Assembly: GCF_002113885.1 (NCBI RefSeq)
Contig: NW_018407245.1
Coordinates: 126,775-190,774 of the forward strand
Length of the DNA stretch: 64,000 nucleotides
From: Mizuhopecten yessoensis
Taxonomy: Eukaryota
Direction of reading: 5' to 3'
Part shown: piece by piece, positions 39,480-51,300 of the stretch
Position numbering within the stretch: position 1 is the stretch's first letter
Layout of the letters: each line of letters opens with the position of its first letter
Program-made: the position numbers and the translations under genes
The notes under the pieces: generated by a model
Told to the model about the DNA's origin: nothing
What the model saw: only the letters and a program-made list of their open reading frames with translations
Databases searched by the model: none

Positions 39480-41739
39480 TATATTCCTATTCAAGCTGTA
39501 TTTATAGATTGAACGTTAAAAGAACAATTTATTCATTTCATAATATCAATAGCTGAATAAAATCTAAACAAAAAAGGATTAATGATAAAGAAGATATTTC
39601 AAATTTATAGCTGTTTTTGGTCGATTCTGTTTGTCATCAATTATCAGGAACACAATAAAACTGTTTCCCATTTGCTGTTGACTGTAACAACATACCAAGA
39701 CACTAACTTTACCGCATTCACCCCTGAAGACACATTTGAACTCTTCCAATTGTAAAGTTATAATAGCCAGTTTATTATGAAATTTCAGGGGTGAATAAAT
39801 TGAAAGAACGATTTGTAAATGTATGACCCAATGAGTAGAGGACATCTTTCTAGTGCTACCAATGACCTTGACCTTTTGTAAAGAAAGACGAGAACTAAGC
39901 ATGTGTATGAGAAATAGGGGTCTATTTCTCTGGACATTACCTTACTATCTAAACCAAACCTATTACAAACCGCAACAGCTGTTTACTTACAGGTAACTGT
40001 ACGTGGTCAGAGTAAGATTAAACGATATCCGGGATTAAAGCGTGCAAGCCAGTCACCTTAGATATAAGTGCTAGTCATTTTGTTGCTTTTAAAAATTTGT
40101 GTGTACAAAAGGTAAAATAAAGAAATACAAATGTGTACGTACAATATCAAATGAGCAATGCATTGTATCATTATCTTCAGGGAGTTTTATATAAAACTAT
40201 GTGTTTTTTTGGAAAATATGGAGTTACTTTATCCTATTTCTGTAAAAATCAATCTTTACAAGGGCGAATTGTGTCACCACTTTTATTTAAATCCATAAAT
40301 TTAAAAAAAAATCAATTTAAACAATGAGCACGTTCTTGTATGTGTATGCTGATGCTATGGTGCCACTGGCCTAAGCTTCTAAGGTTACATTTTCAAGCAT
40401 TTGTTGTTGACATTAAAAAAACTAAGCAACATTACATTTACTTTATCATTTGAGTAGTTTTCCGTTAGGAGTTGGTTTAAGTGTAACTCAATATGACTTT
40501 CTCATTCATATGCTAAAGGAGCTACGACTTAAATCTAGGTTTTTTCATTGCAATTGCCAATGTAACTTCTGTATCAGACGTGGTGTAAACACAAACACAT
40601 ACTAATTCAACAGTTTGCTTTATAATGGACTCAATGACACCGGTATATTAGAATTATAAAATATTATTAAAATAAAAAGCTAATTATTATAAAGAACGAA
40701 TTGACCTGACTATGTCAAGGAAAGATTTGTTACCGGAGAACAACTACATGATATATTTTTGAAGTGTGAATGATGAATGAATAATTCCGGTAAAATTATC
40801 TCAGATAGACTTTAAAGAAAACAAATAAATAAACAAAACATAAACTATTTACTGATTCTTTTTTAGGCTCTTAGGCTTTTATTTTATAACTTGCATTATC
40901 CAAAATTTGAAAACCAAGGAGTAAAGATGGATCCATTTTAAGAACTAACTGTTTATCCAGGGATTTTGCGCGGATGAGCTTCAATCTACTCTGAGAAAAA
41001 AACTGTTGTCATAATGATCTGAGTACCTGATCTTTCAGTGTCTTTCATAGTTGAAGACTTGCTCACTATGTCTAAGATAATCAGTGATATATGGACTTCA
41101 CAAGCATCGACGGGAGATTCGTGATGTAAAGAATAACTTATTCCACGAATTTTTATAGAGATTCTTCAGTCTTTGTTATTGTCTTCTTTCTCCTTTCTTT
41201 CTTTAAATGTCTCCTCTGTTCGTTTTTTTGTACTTTAGAAGGTTTTGATTTTGGATGTCTTCTTTGTTTGTTACCAATGTGGTATGCTTGTGTATTTTGA
41301 TTGAAGGTATAAGGTATCCCATGCACCGTTAATATCACGAAGAAGAGTTTCATTTCAGAGTTCTGTTTTCTGGACTTAGATTATAATCCCTTCCTTTTAG
41401 AAGATGAAGCAACAAAGCATTTTTTTTGGCTTACAGTTACTTCTCTAAAGATTACAACATTGGCAGAGTGTTTGGTGGTCATCTCCAGTATTTTTGTCCT
41501 CATTTAGTTAACTGTTTTTTACAACTACTCAATTTTGAACAATTACTCTAGAAAGTGCATCGTATATACATAATTTGAGTGGTTTTTTTCAATATCCTTC
41601 AATAAACATTTAATAAAAATTAGTTCTCAAGTTTTTAAAATTATAGGTTTATTTCTTTTTCTATTGGCAAAGCATCATTATGAAAATTGAAAAATAAAAT
41701 GCAAGTGTTTGTCTTGGATGTGAATGTATAGGGATATCA

Positions 41740-42932
41740 ATATATTTATTAGACAGTAGGTGTAACCATGCAATAAATAAAATTAATCAGTGTATTAAGA
41801 TAAACAGTTGGTGCTACATTGTGCCCAGCCATGAAAACAATGTATCCGTGTATTTAGATAAAGAATAAGTGTTACCTTGTCATAAAATACAATGTGTCAA
41901 TGTATTTAAATTGACAATTTGTTTTACCCTGCCTTAAAATACATTGTATCAATGTATTAAGTAGACAGTAGATATTACAATGCAACAAATGCAAAGTATC
42001 AGTGTATTTAAATAAACAGTAGATGTTTCCATGCTGTAAAAACAATGTATTAGTTTATTTGATAGATAGTAGGTGTTACCTTGTCAAAAAATGATATGTA
42101 TCAGTGTATTAAATAGACAGTAGGTGTAACCATGTCATGACATATAATATACCCATGTATTGACATAGACAGTAGGTGTTACCATGTCATGAAATATAAT
42201 ATACCCATGTATTGACATAGACAGTTGTTGTTACCATGTCATAAAATACAATGTATCAGTGTATTTAATAGACAGTAGGTGTAACCATGTCATGAACTAT
42301 AATATACCAATGTATTGACATAGACAGTTGTTGTTATCATGTCATAAAATACATTGTTTCAATGTATTGACATAGACAGTTGTTGTTACCATGTCATAAA
42401 ATACAAAGTATCAATGTATTAAATAGACAGTAGGTGTAACCATGTCATGAAATATAATATACCCATGTATTGACATAGACAGTTGTTGTTATCATGTCAT
42501 AAAATACAATGTATCAATGTATTAACTAGACAGTAGGTGTTACCATGTCATGAAATATAATATATCCATGTATTGACATAGACAGTTGTTGTTACCATGT
42601 CATAAAATACATTGTTTCAATGTATTGACATAGACAGTTGTTGTTATCATGTCATAAAATACAATGTAGCAATGTATTAACTAGACAGTAGGTGTTACCA
42701 TGTCATAAAATACAATGTTTCAATGTATTGACATAGACAGTAGGCGTTACCATGTCATAAAATACAATGTATCAATGTATTGAATAGACAGTAGGTGTTA
42801 CCATGTCATGAAATAAAAAATACCCATGTATTGACATAGACAGTTGTTGTTACCATGTCATAAAAAAACATTGTTTCAATGTATTGACATAGACAGTTGT
42901 TGTTACCATGTCATAAAATACAATGTATCGAT
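41740..42932. repeat. 52-bp minisatellite between genes D and E
   Basis: Unit tagacagtaggtgttaccatgtcataaaatacaatgtatcaatgtattgaca; homogeneous on the right, degenerate on the left. Confidence 0.93.
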
Positions 42933-43707
42933 GATGTACAAGTAGTTAATCAAGCATTTTCTTTGCTTTATCTTACAACAACACCATATATAAGTACAAG
43001 AAGTCCTAACTGATATTTTCATCCAGAGATTATTTAATAACCGCTGAGATAGACATGAATGGCTGATTTCTATAATTTAATATTATGGTTCTATCGTTGG
43101 TAATAACGTAGCAAGATATCAAGTTTGTTTAATAATTGAACCTAATTATTACTGAAAATGAAGAGTTTATTTACAATTTTCTTATTTAAACCACCTTCTT
43201 TATATTCACAAGCAAAAGGGCATCAACGATGCTCCGAGCTAAACATGCCAACTAGGCACATTTTCACATTTAAGTCTTAAATTTAGTAGCATAGTTGTTA
43301 AAAAGGGGCATATCAGTTCTAACAATGTGCCCTGGCACGTTGGAAACAAAATATGATAATTGTTGACTTCAATTTGAAACAGTGCCTAGTTAGAATCTTT
43401 AGCCTGGGAAATTATTGATGCCCTATTGCATATAAATACCTTAGATGTTTTACCATAGGTGTAAAAACCAGGGGCCCAGAGGACCTGTATCGCTCACCTG
43501 TTTCTTTTGTTACATGAAACTGACACATAGGTAATTTAAGACCAAATTTGGTATTCTGATATTGTTGTTTGAAATTTGAAATCATAATTTTAAAGATTTA
43601 ACCCATGTTGACCTTTGACTCCTACTAGCACTTAAAGTTAACCTTTGACCTCACTACTGTAATTTAAAAAAAGATTAACACAGTTGGTCTACATTACATT
43701 TTAACAT

Positions 43708-44186
43708 GGGCAGATTGGTCGAGTGGTTAACACTCCGGACTTCCAACCAGGCGGCTGGGGTTCGATCCCATAAGTCGTCGTACACATGGAATATATAGAG
43801 AATGTGTTTTTCTCCTGCCCACACAACTCTAAACCCAGGTGGAGTATAAAATGGTCTTGCGTTGATGTTGCGGTATCTGTGCTGTGGCTTTCAAGTGGGG
43901 TGGCACTATAAATTATACCGTTGGAAGTACGGTCCCACTACAAACAGAACACAATACATCTCCAGCACACACACAGGCACTCACACTTTATAGCACTTCA
44001 TCCAGGTGGTATAGGACTAGTAGTTATCGCCTGATAAGGCAGCTCCTGCGAATTCCTCAAAATTGTATTGATTAATGTATATGCTAATTGTATTCATTGT
44101 ATTAAATTGTATATCTTTGTACAGTAAAGTACTTTAGAGTGGCTTATGTTAGCTAGATAGGGCGCTATATCAATTGTTGTATATCA
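43708..44186 (+). mobile_element. tRNA-derived SINE with L2-like tail inserted in the HINE
   Basis: A box tggtcgagtgg, B box ggttcgatccc, core acccaggtggagtataaaatgg, tail gggcgctatatcaatt; TAACAT target-site duplication at 43702-43707 and 44187-44192. Confidence 0.8.
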
Positions 44187-44758
44187 TAACATACCAAAGT
44201 ATCATCGCATCATGACTCTAGACTAAATGGTTCTTAAGATATTGTTGTTTGAAGTTTTTCACATAATTGACCCCTGTGACCTTGGAACTAGGTCAAGGTC
44301 AATTTACTGAGGAAACGTTATAGCACTCTATCCCAGGTACCTACTGGCCAAATATCATAACCCTGGGCCTTATGGAACTTTAGAAGAAGATTGTTAAAGC
44401 TTTTAACCTAAGCTGACATTTGACCCCCGACTAACACTTAAAGTTTACCTTTGACCTCATTACTGTAATGTAGAAAAAGATTAACACAGCTGGTCTACAT
44501 AACATACCCAAGTATTATGACTCTAATCAGAATGGTTCTTAGGATATTGTTGTTTGAAGTGTTTAACACATTTGACCCCTGTGAGCTTGAAAGTAGGTCA
44601 AGATCATTTTAATGAGGAAACTTTATAGCACTTCATCCCAGGTACCTACTGGCCAAATATCATGACCCTAGGTTCTCAGTTCTTCGGAAGATGTTGTTCA
44701 AAAGAAAAGGTTGACGGACGGACGGACGGACGGACGGACGGACGACGGAGTACGGCAT

Positions 44759-44943
44759 TCCGTCTTTGCGTGTTGCAGGGTTATCTTCTCGTATGAGCAG
44801 GTATTGATCGTTACGTCAATTGTTTGTGAGAGTAACGTCATCATTTTTTTGAGAAAACGACGTAATTTTCTCACACAAATCAATGACGTAACAAACAATA
44901 CCTGCTCATAAGAGAAGATAACTCTGCAAAACGCAAAGACGGA
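44759..44943. mobile_element. Hairpin MITE (almost entirely inverted repeat) inserted in the HINE
   Basis: tccgtctttgcgtgttgcagggttatcttctcgtatgagcaggtattg ... caatacctgctcataagagaagataactctgcaaaacgcaaagacgga. Confidence 0.85.
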
Positions 44944-45576
44944 TTAAGCTCACACGGCCCTTCGGGCCAGGTGAGCTAAAACCCGGTACACCAGAGTTCT
45001 TACGATGTTACCTGGCGCTTTGAACGTAAAAACACAATGATTCAAGAGCGTGCCCAATATGGACATCGTTAGCCTTGAGTATCGTTGATGACATTTGCAT
45101 GCAGATAACTCAGACAAGGATTTGTTGTATTATATGTGTTAAAAAGCTGCAAAACCGTTTTGGAAAGTCTCATTGAATCCTGCTGGTTAATTGCAAAAGA
45201 GTCAAGATTCTAAACAAGTAAGAGTTGTTGGGCCATATAGACCAAAAAATAAACAAACAAATACTCGTGAAAGATGTTGAGCTAACAATATGCGTTATTC
45301 CTGCTCCACTGAAAGATGGTGTCTTTGTGCATATACTTTTTGTAAACTTTATTTATTTCTGAATAAAATTTACATTTCAATTTACATCCAATTATTGCTC
45401 AGAAACAGCATATAATATCAGAGTGAATTTGATAATTTTGACGAAACGACAATTCAGTTGGCTTCAGCCGGCCACAGTATAATTGTAATGGTAAGAGTTA
45501 AGTTGATTATCTATTAACAATTAAAACATAAACTCAGTATGCTGAAGTCTCGATTTATTTCAACTGATAAATGTGT

Positions 45577-47840
45577 TCACCCTAGAAGTCCGGCACCTTG
45601 TAACTTGAGCAGGGCATCGGTCAAGGTGCTGAGGTATTGTCCCTCCGCCGCTGTGGAGAAATGTACAATAATAAAAATCTTATGAATCAAAACCAAACAA
45701 ATCAATGTATACATATGTGTTCGTGCGTCCACTAGGTACAAAGACGATGGCAACCAGCGAAAAGAAAACAGGACATAATTTCTACAGGGTCAGACTCCGA
45801 AAATATCCACACGAAATATTTATTTATAGAGTTGCAGAATATATCTATTTCAGAACTATTGCCAATGCGAACATTTCCACACTGCAATCAGTTTAAAGGT
45901 TTACAACGCGAACATTTTCACACTGCGATCTGTTTAAAAGGTTTACAACGCGAACATTTCCACACTGTGGTCTGTTTAAAGGTTTACAACGCTAACATTT
46001 CCACACTGAGATCTGTTTAAAGGTTTACAACGCGAACATTTCCACACTGCGATCTGTTTAAAAGGTTTACAACGTGAACATTTCCACACTGCAAATTATT
46101 TAGAGGTTTACAACGCGAACATTTCCACACTGCGATCTGTTTAAAGGTCTACAACGCGAATATTTCCACATGCGAACATTTCCACTGTTACAGTATATAC
46201 ATCTCGTAAAATAAGATCTGACCGATACTGTTATTTTTGTTATAAACTCTTAACCTGATAACTCGGTAATTTATTTCATAACTTTATAACCTGATAACTC
46301 AGCAACATCTGGGTCAAAGTAATACCAGGTCGGGTAAAAGACAACATAGCAACAAGGCATACTAATGAGTATAATAAAAAAAATCTACCTTACCTGATAA
46401 CTCGATTATTCTAATGAAGTTGTCAGGTGTAATATATCTTTGAGATTTGTGTTAGTAATTTATCTTGGTAATATTTTGCATATACCGATGTTATACGTAC
46501 CCAAACAATTATCAACGGCAAGTATGAATCCGTTACAGCACGTGATCTGTTCGTCTGGACAGACGCTCTTGTTAGGGACGAGCTGGGTGTCGATGTAGGT
46601 TATCAGTTTCTCACTGTATTGAAACAATATAGCTAGTGATGTAATGCTAGGAACAAAGTCAATATGTGATTTACTCTCTGATATCATAATATATAACTAT
46701 TCATTAAATGATATGTAATGTTGTGACTCTTTCTCCTCGAGTTTCATGTGTTCATCTTTTTCTCTTTTAGTCCAGTAGACAAATCAATTGCGGAAGCAAA
46801 ATAACGAATTGTTTAATTGACCAAATGGAGACGATTTCTTGGTTAAAATATTTTAACAGATTTCAGTACATTAACAGATAATAACGGAGGTTATTTTAAT
46901 GTCTTAGAAGACCCTGGTAGATATTACTGTAAAATGACTTACACATATTGTATATTCGTAGTTTCACACTTATGGCTGTTCATGAATCCGCACGAGTCCT
47001 GTGTGTGTACCTGGACTGACTCCCGAATTGTTTTTGCTACGATCTTTGTCATCTGGGTGTTTTGTACCACCTGGTCAGCACCGTTCTTACAACACCAGTT
47101 ACTGTAACAGGTAATGGCATAGAGGAGTTTAATAATTAGAAAATGTTACAAGTAACACTACCTCTCTTTGTTTCCAATATTGATAAGCTATCTATAAAAT
47201 TAAAAACCTGCCAATTTATAACTTGTTCCATAAATATATGCAAAATATTCACCAAATTCTGATCATGTGTAGAACTATGATACTATGGTACAATTATCAA
47301 CTAAAAATGTTGAGGATTTACAGGTTATATCTAACATACAAGCTTTTTACTTCAAAAATTGATCAAGTATCATTTTTGATTCTAATATTTGACCAATGTC
47401 CACCAAAATTACATCAGAATTCTATGGTATCATACCATGATGTAAAATGCATTAAATCTGTTGTGGTATCATGGCATATCTTGTACATAATATTTTTACA
47501 AATTGCTGACAAAGCAATTATCATATAACAACCTCTACTAAATGGGGTAATATCGAAGAATATTTTAGAACGATCTTTATATTGATAAAGAGGTGTGATT
47601 ATATTGATCAGAATACACTTTTCCACTATACACTAATTTTAAGAATATGTGTGTTTTTATACAGAACCTGCTGTCACCCATTTTCTTCCCTCTCTTCAGC
47701 ATCAGTTGCAGATGTCGGGGAACCTGGTCATAGTGCACTCTTGCTAATAAATCAAGTTCATCCTGTGTATATACACGAGACTCGGAAACATTCCAGAGTG
47801 CGAACACTACCAGAAGCTGTACCAAAAACAATTTGTACAT
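45577..47840 (-). CDS. Gene E: secreted 8-Cys EMI-like protein, 172 aa (paralogue 4)
   Basis: Exons 47840-47668, 47101-46943, 46613-46501, 45650-45577 (phases 2,2,1). MYKLFLVQLLVVFALWNVSES-RVYTQDELDLLARVHYDQVPRHLQLMLKRGKK-MGDSSNWCCKNGADQVVQNTQMTKIVAKTIRESVQVHTQDSCGFMNSHKCETTNIQYVEKLITYIDTQLVPNKSVCPDEQITCCNGFILAVDNCLAAEGQYLSTLTDALLKLQGAGLLG*. AATAAA at 45559-45554. Confidence 0.9.
45865..46186. repeat. ~41-bp tandem repeat in gene E intron 3
   Basis: Unit aaggtttacaacgcgaacatttccacactgcgatctgttta, ~7 copies. Confidence 0.9.
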
Positions 47841-48337
47841 TTTGAGGCGCAGATCGGATCTGATTGTCGAGCTTCCAGAATACACCTTACTTTAAGTAGT
47901 ATGATAAACAGCTGTCGACACCTGTACATGCGTATACCAGGTCACCTCAAGTCAGTTACACAGATAAGCAATATCCGTCTACAATAGACAACTTAATACT
48001 TGATAAATGTATTTAGCTACTCAGTTTTATCAATTTATTACATGCAATTAACTAATTGAACAACACGTAAAATGTAAGTCGAACTAAAGAATTTTGTATC
48101 ATTAAAATATCGTCCGTTTTCTTTTTTTTGTTTTGTTTCCCTACAATAAAATGACAACAATACCATTTGAAAGTAATAAAAAGTTCACCAAACAGCACAA
48201 TGGGTCTCTCTTCAGGGGGAGGGGGTTGAAAAACAATGTGTAACAAATAAGTCTGTAATAGGTGAGAAATTTCTCGAGGAAACATTGATAAGGCCGCTAC
48301 ACATTGTCACCACCGTGCCAATGTCACGTATACCAAC

Positions 48338-51300
48338 ATGACACATGTAAGTCCGAAAACGTTACTTTGTAAAGCTATTGTTTTGATCAATAGTCACAGA
48401 GTTTTCGTTGGTGTTTCTCTCTTGGTAGCAGTATTATCGTTTATATATTATCCTTCCTCGGAGTTCCTGGGTGAAACAGTAAACGAGGTAGAGCTATTCG
48501 ACCATTTTGATGTCGACAAGGATGGCGAGATCAACAGAGCAGAGTTCTGGTCACTAGTTCCACACTTACAAAAGGTATGTAGTAACCTATCGTTTAACGA
48601 TGAGTATGAAATATTTATATGTGCGTTTTTTTTAAATTTTAAGTGAATCAATCAGCAATAGTATTATGAATGTCATATCAATCGACGTTACCTATAAGCT
48701 TTATATACTGTATAGTCCATTGTAAAAGCTAAATTACGGTCTTTTGTTATCTTAGATAAGTTCAATGCTTAAATTATAGCTTTGCAGTAGTAAGTTTTGC
48801 ATGCAGAATAAACATAAAGGTATAGTCTATTTAGGTTATTGCGGATGAAAATAATACGTAAACATTCATATCCTTTTTCTAAACTTTCTTCTGGTAGTAT
48901 GTCGATAGCACTTCGAGACGAATATGAACTGCATTAACTAACAGTTCCTTCAGGATGAGTGTTTTATTTATTGTAATTGGTAGCCAACAACTGAAAGAAC
49001 AAGAGCGATTGCCAGTACGGAATACCTCCGAATATGCTGTGGCTTTGTTCCCTTGGATGTCCACACCTTGAGATCTGCAGAGCTAGACCAACTAGAATTC
49101 TTACTGGTAAAATGGAATCAAAGTTTTAGTTCTGCAATTATACGTTTCACGTTCATGTTTTTTTGGGCTGTGCGTGAATATTTCCATATAGAGGGTCACA
49201 TTAAGTGTTGAATATTTTGATAATATTAAAGAATGAATCTTATATCCGATCTTGTGAAACATTTGCCTATGCACAATCGTCCCTGTTTAAAGGGATATAA
49301 CTCTTGTCATGATTCACAATTATAGAATATGAACATCTTAAATTCATTCAACTTTATATTAAACGTGTTGTTTCCTTTCATTTTAATGTTATAATACAAC
49401 TATTTATAAAGTCATTGTGCTTTCTTTCCTTGCATGTAACAGAATCAGAGCGCTAAAGGTTCGTTTGTCAATATCATTGAAAATTATAGGTCTAGTCTGC
49501 CTTTAAATGAATTAACTACGTTTACGGCAGAGCGTTCCAATGGATATCTCCCTTTTTTCTGAAGAAAACTTTTCCAAGTTGAGTGTACATCTTACCCTTT
49601 GAAGGTTTCAGTCGTTTTACCACATTTTTTTGGCTTAAAGCATGTATCCTTTTTAATATTACTAAATTTCAGAACGATACCTCATTAGAGGCCCTGCTAT
49701 CGTGGACGAAACCAGAGACCAATCAATTTCAAGTCCACGTGGGAGATCTAACAACCTTTCTACCTGCCAGCAGGGACATAGAGGTTGGCTATGTTTGGAG
49801 TCTTTATACCCCTGAATCCTCCCCTCCCCTAAGAGCTGATCCTCCTCATACAGAGGGTATTCAAGCCGTCCTCATACGTCTCCTCTCCTCCTTCCATTCA
49901 AAACCATTTCTTCAGACGAGATTCCAGCCTCGAGGAGGATTTGCTATTCTCAGAGCGCGTTCATCTACTAAATTGGACATCACGTTTCGGTAAGTTATCT
50001 TAAGAAAGCAATAGAAATTCTTGATTGCACTCAAATTAATATGATGTTTCATCGAATTTCCAGTGAATATCTTGTATTTGCTTCTTCCAAATGCTCTGTC
50101 TTCCTGTGCAAAGAAATCACCCTTCTTAAAACGTCATGGTCGGAATATTTTGCTGTGTTCGACCGTCATGTGAATATTGATTGTACCCGTCTTTAAATCT
50201 ACATGTTTTTTTATGCAGATTCCACGCCGAATTTCAACTGAATGACAATTCTAAACAACCATTCTGGTTCACGCCGTCTCAGTTTGCTGGAAGACTTGTT
50301 ATAGAGGCAGACGGGTCTCATGTTGACTTCTTCCACGTGACCGTCCCCTCCGATAAATCCTTAAACGTTGGTAAGGTGTAAAGCTGTACATTGAATACAA
50401 TGGATTGCATCACTAAGATATAAATTGTGCATTTTTTTATATCCTTATCATGATGATCAATGATATCAGTCAGAAATTTTCTTGATGTAGCATGAGAAAG
50501 CTGACATTTGGTCTGAAAGTAAAATTTAGCAGACACATTTTAGTTGTGTAGATAGCCCGAGTTTCTTTAGAACCTGACACCAAACATAGGCATTTTGACA
50601 AATAGATGTCCACACCAGACTACTTGTAAAAATGTCTAAGTCTGGTGTCAAGGCCAGAGGAAACTCGGGCTTGCTGTGTAGACAGTTTTGGTACTCCTGT
50701 TTCACGCATATTGTGTTGTTAACTCTCTTGTTTTACTCTATTGTATTACTTAATTAGTTTACAGGAGTCCAAGTTTGCTTACGCGTCTCATATATTCAGT
50801 TGAAACATCTTTTTTCCTTTAGACATGGAATGGACGTCTGACACTGGCATTGATGGAAATGATGAAACTTTGACAGTTGAGATCGGTTACATGAAGCAGA
50901 TGGAGTTATCCTCCCTTGAACCATCCTCTACTTTCCCTCGAGCATCCTGTGGTAAAGAATCAAGTATGACGATACCAAATATTCAATGGGAACAAGAAAT
51001 ATCGCACCACACTGCAGAATTACAGCTTCAGAAAGCCTTCTTCCCATTTAAACAGGTTCGTTAATTATTTCCTTTTTACCAGTGAAGAATAAAAAGTTAT
51101 GATGGAAAGAAGAAGGATTTTTTCTACTGTGACAAATAAGAAAAATAATGCAAAGATAAGCAAGTGAAATATTTTCCATATTTTACTCGTGCTTCGCACT
51201 CGTGAACAAATATCATTCAGTCGTGAAATATAACATTTATTGATCAAGAAACCAAGAATATCCTCTGAGAACTTCGGACTTGAATATTACCATATTAACG

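Larger units (their letters stand above)
43463..44981. mobile_element. Helentron-like non-autonomous element (HINE) carrying two nested insertions
   Basis: Subterminal inverted repeats gctcacctg (43492-43500) / caggtgagc (~44968-44976), hairpin ggcccttcgggcc, (GACG)n microsatellite ~44713-44748, internal tgaccttga-rich tandem core, T/A-rich ends. Confidence 0.8.

Noticed and set aside
40900-41500. Possible fifth paralogue or coding remnant between genes D and E
   Set aside because: No WCC / CP-x5-CC-x9-C exon found by eye; the K/R-rich minus ORF looks like decayed transposon or low-complexity sequence. A tBLASTn with the four proteins would be decisive.
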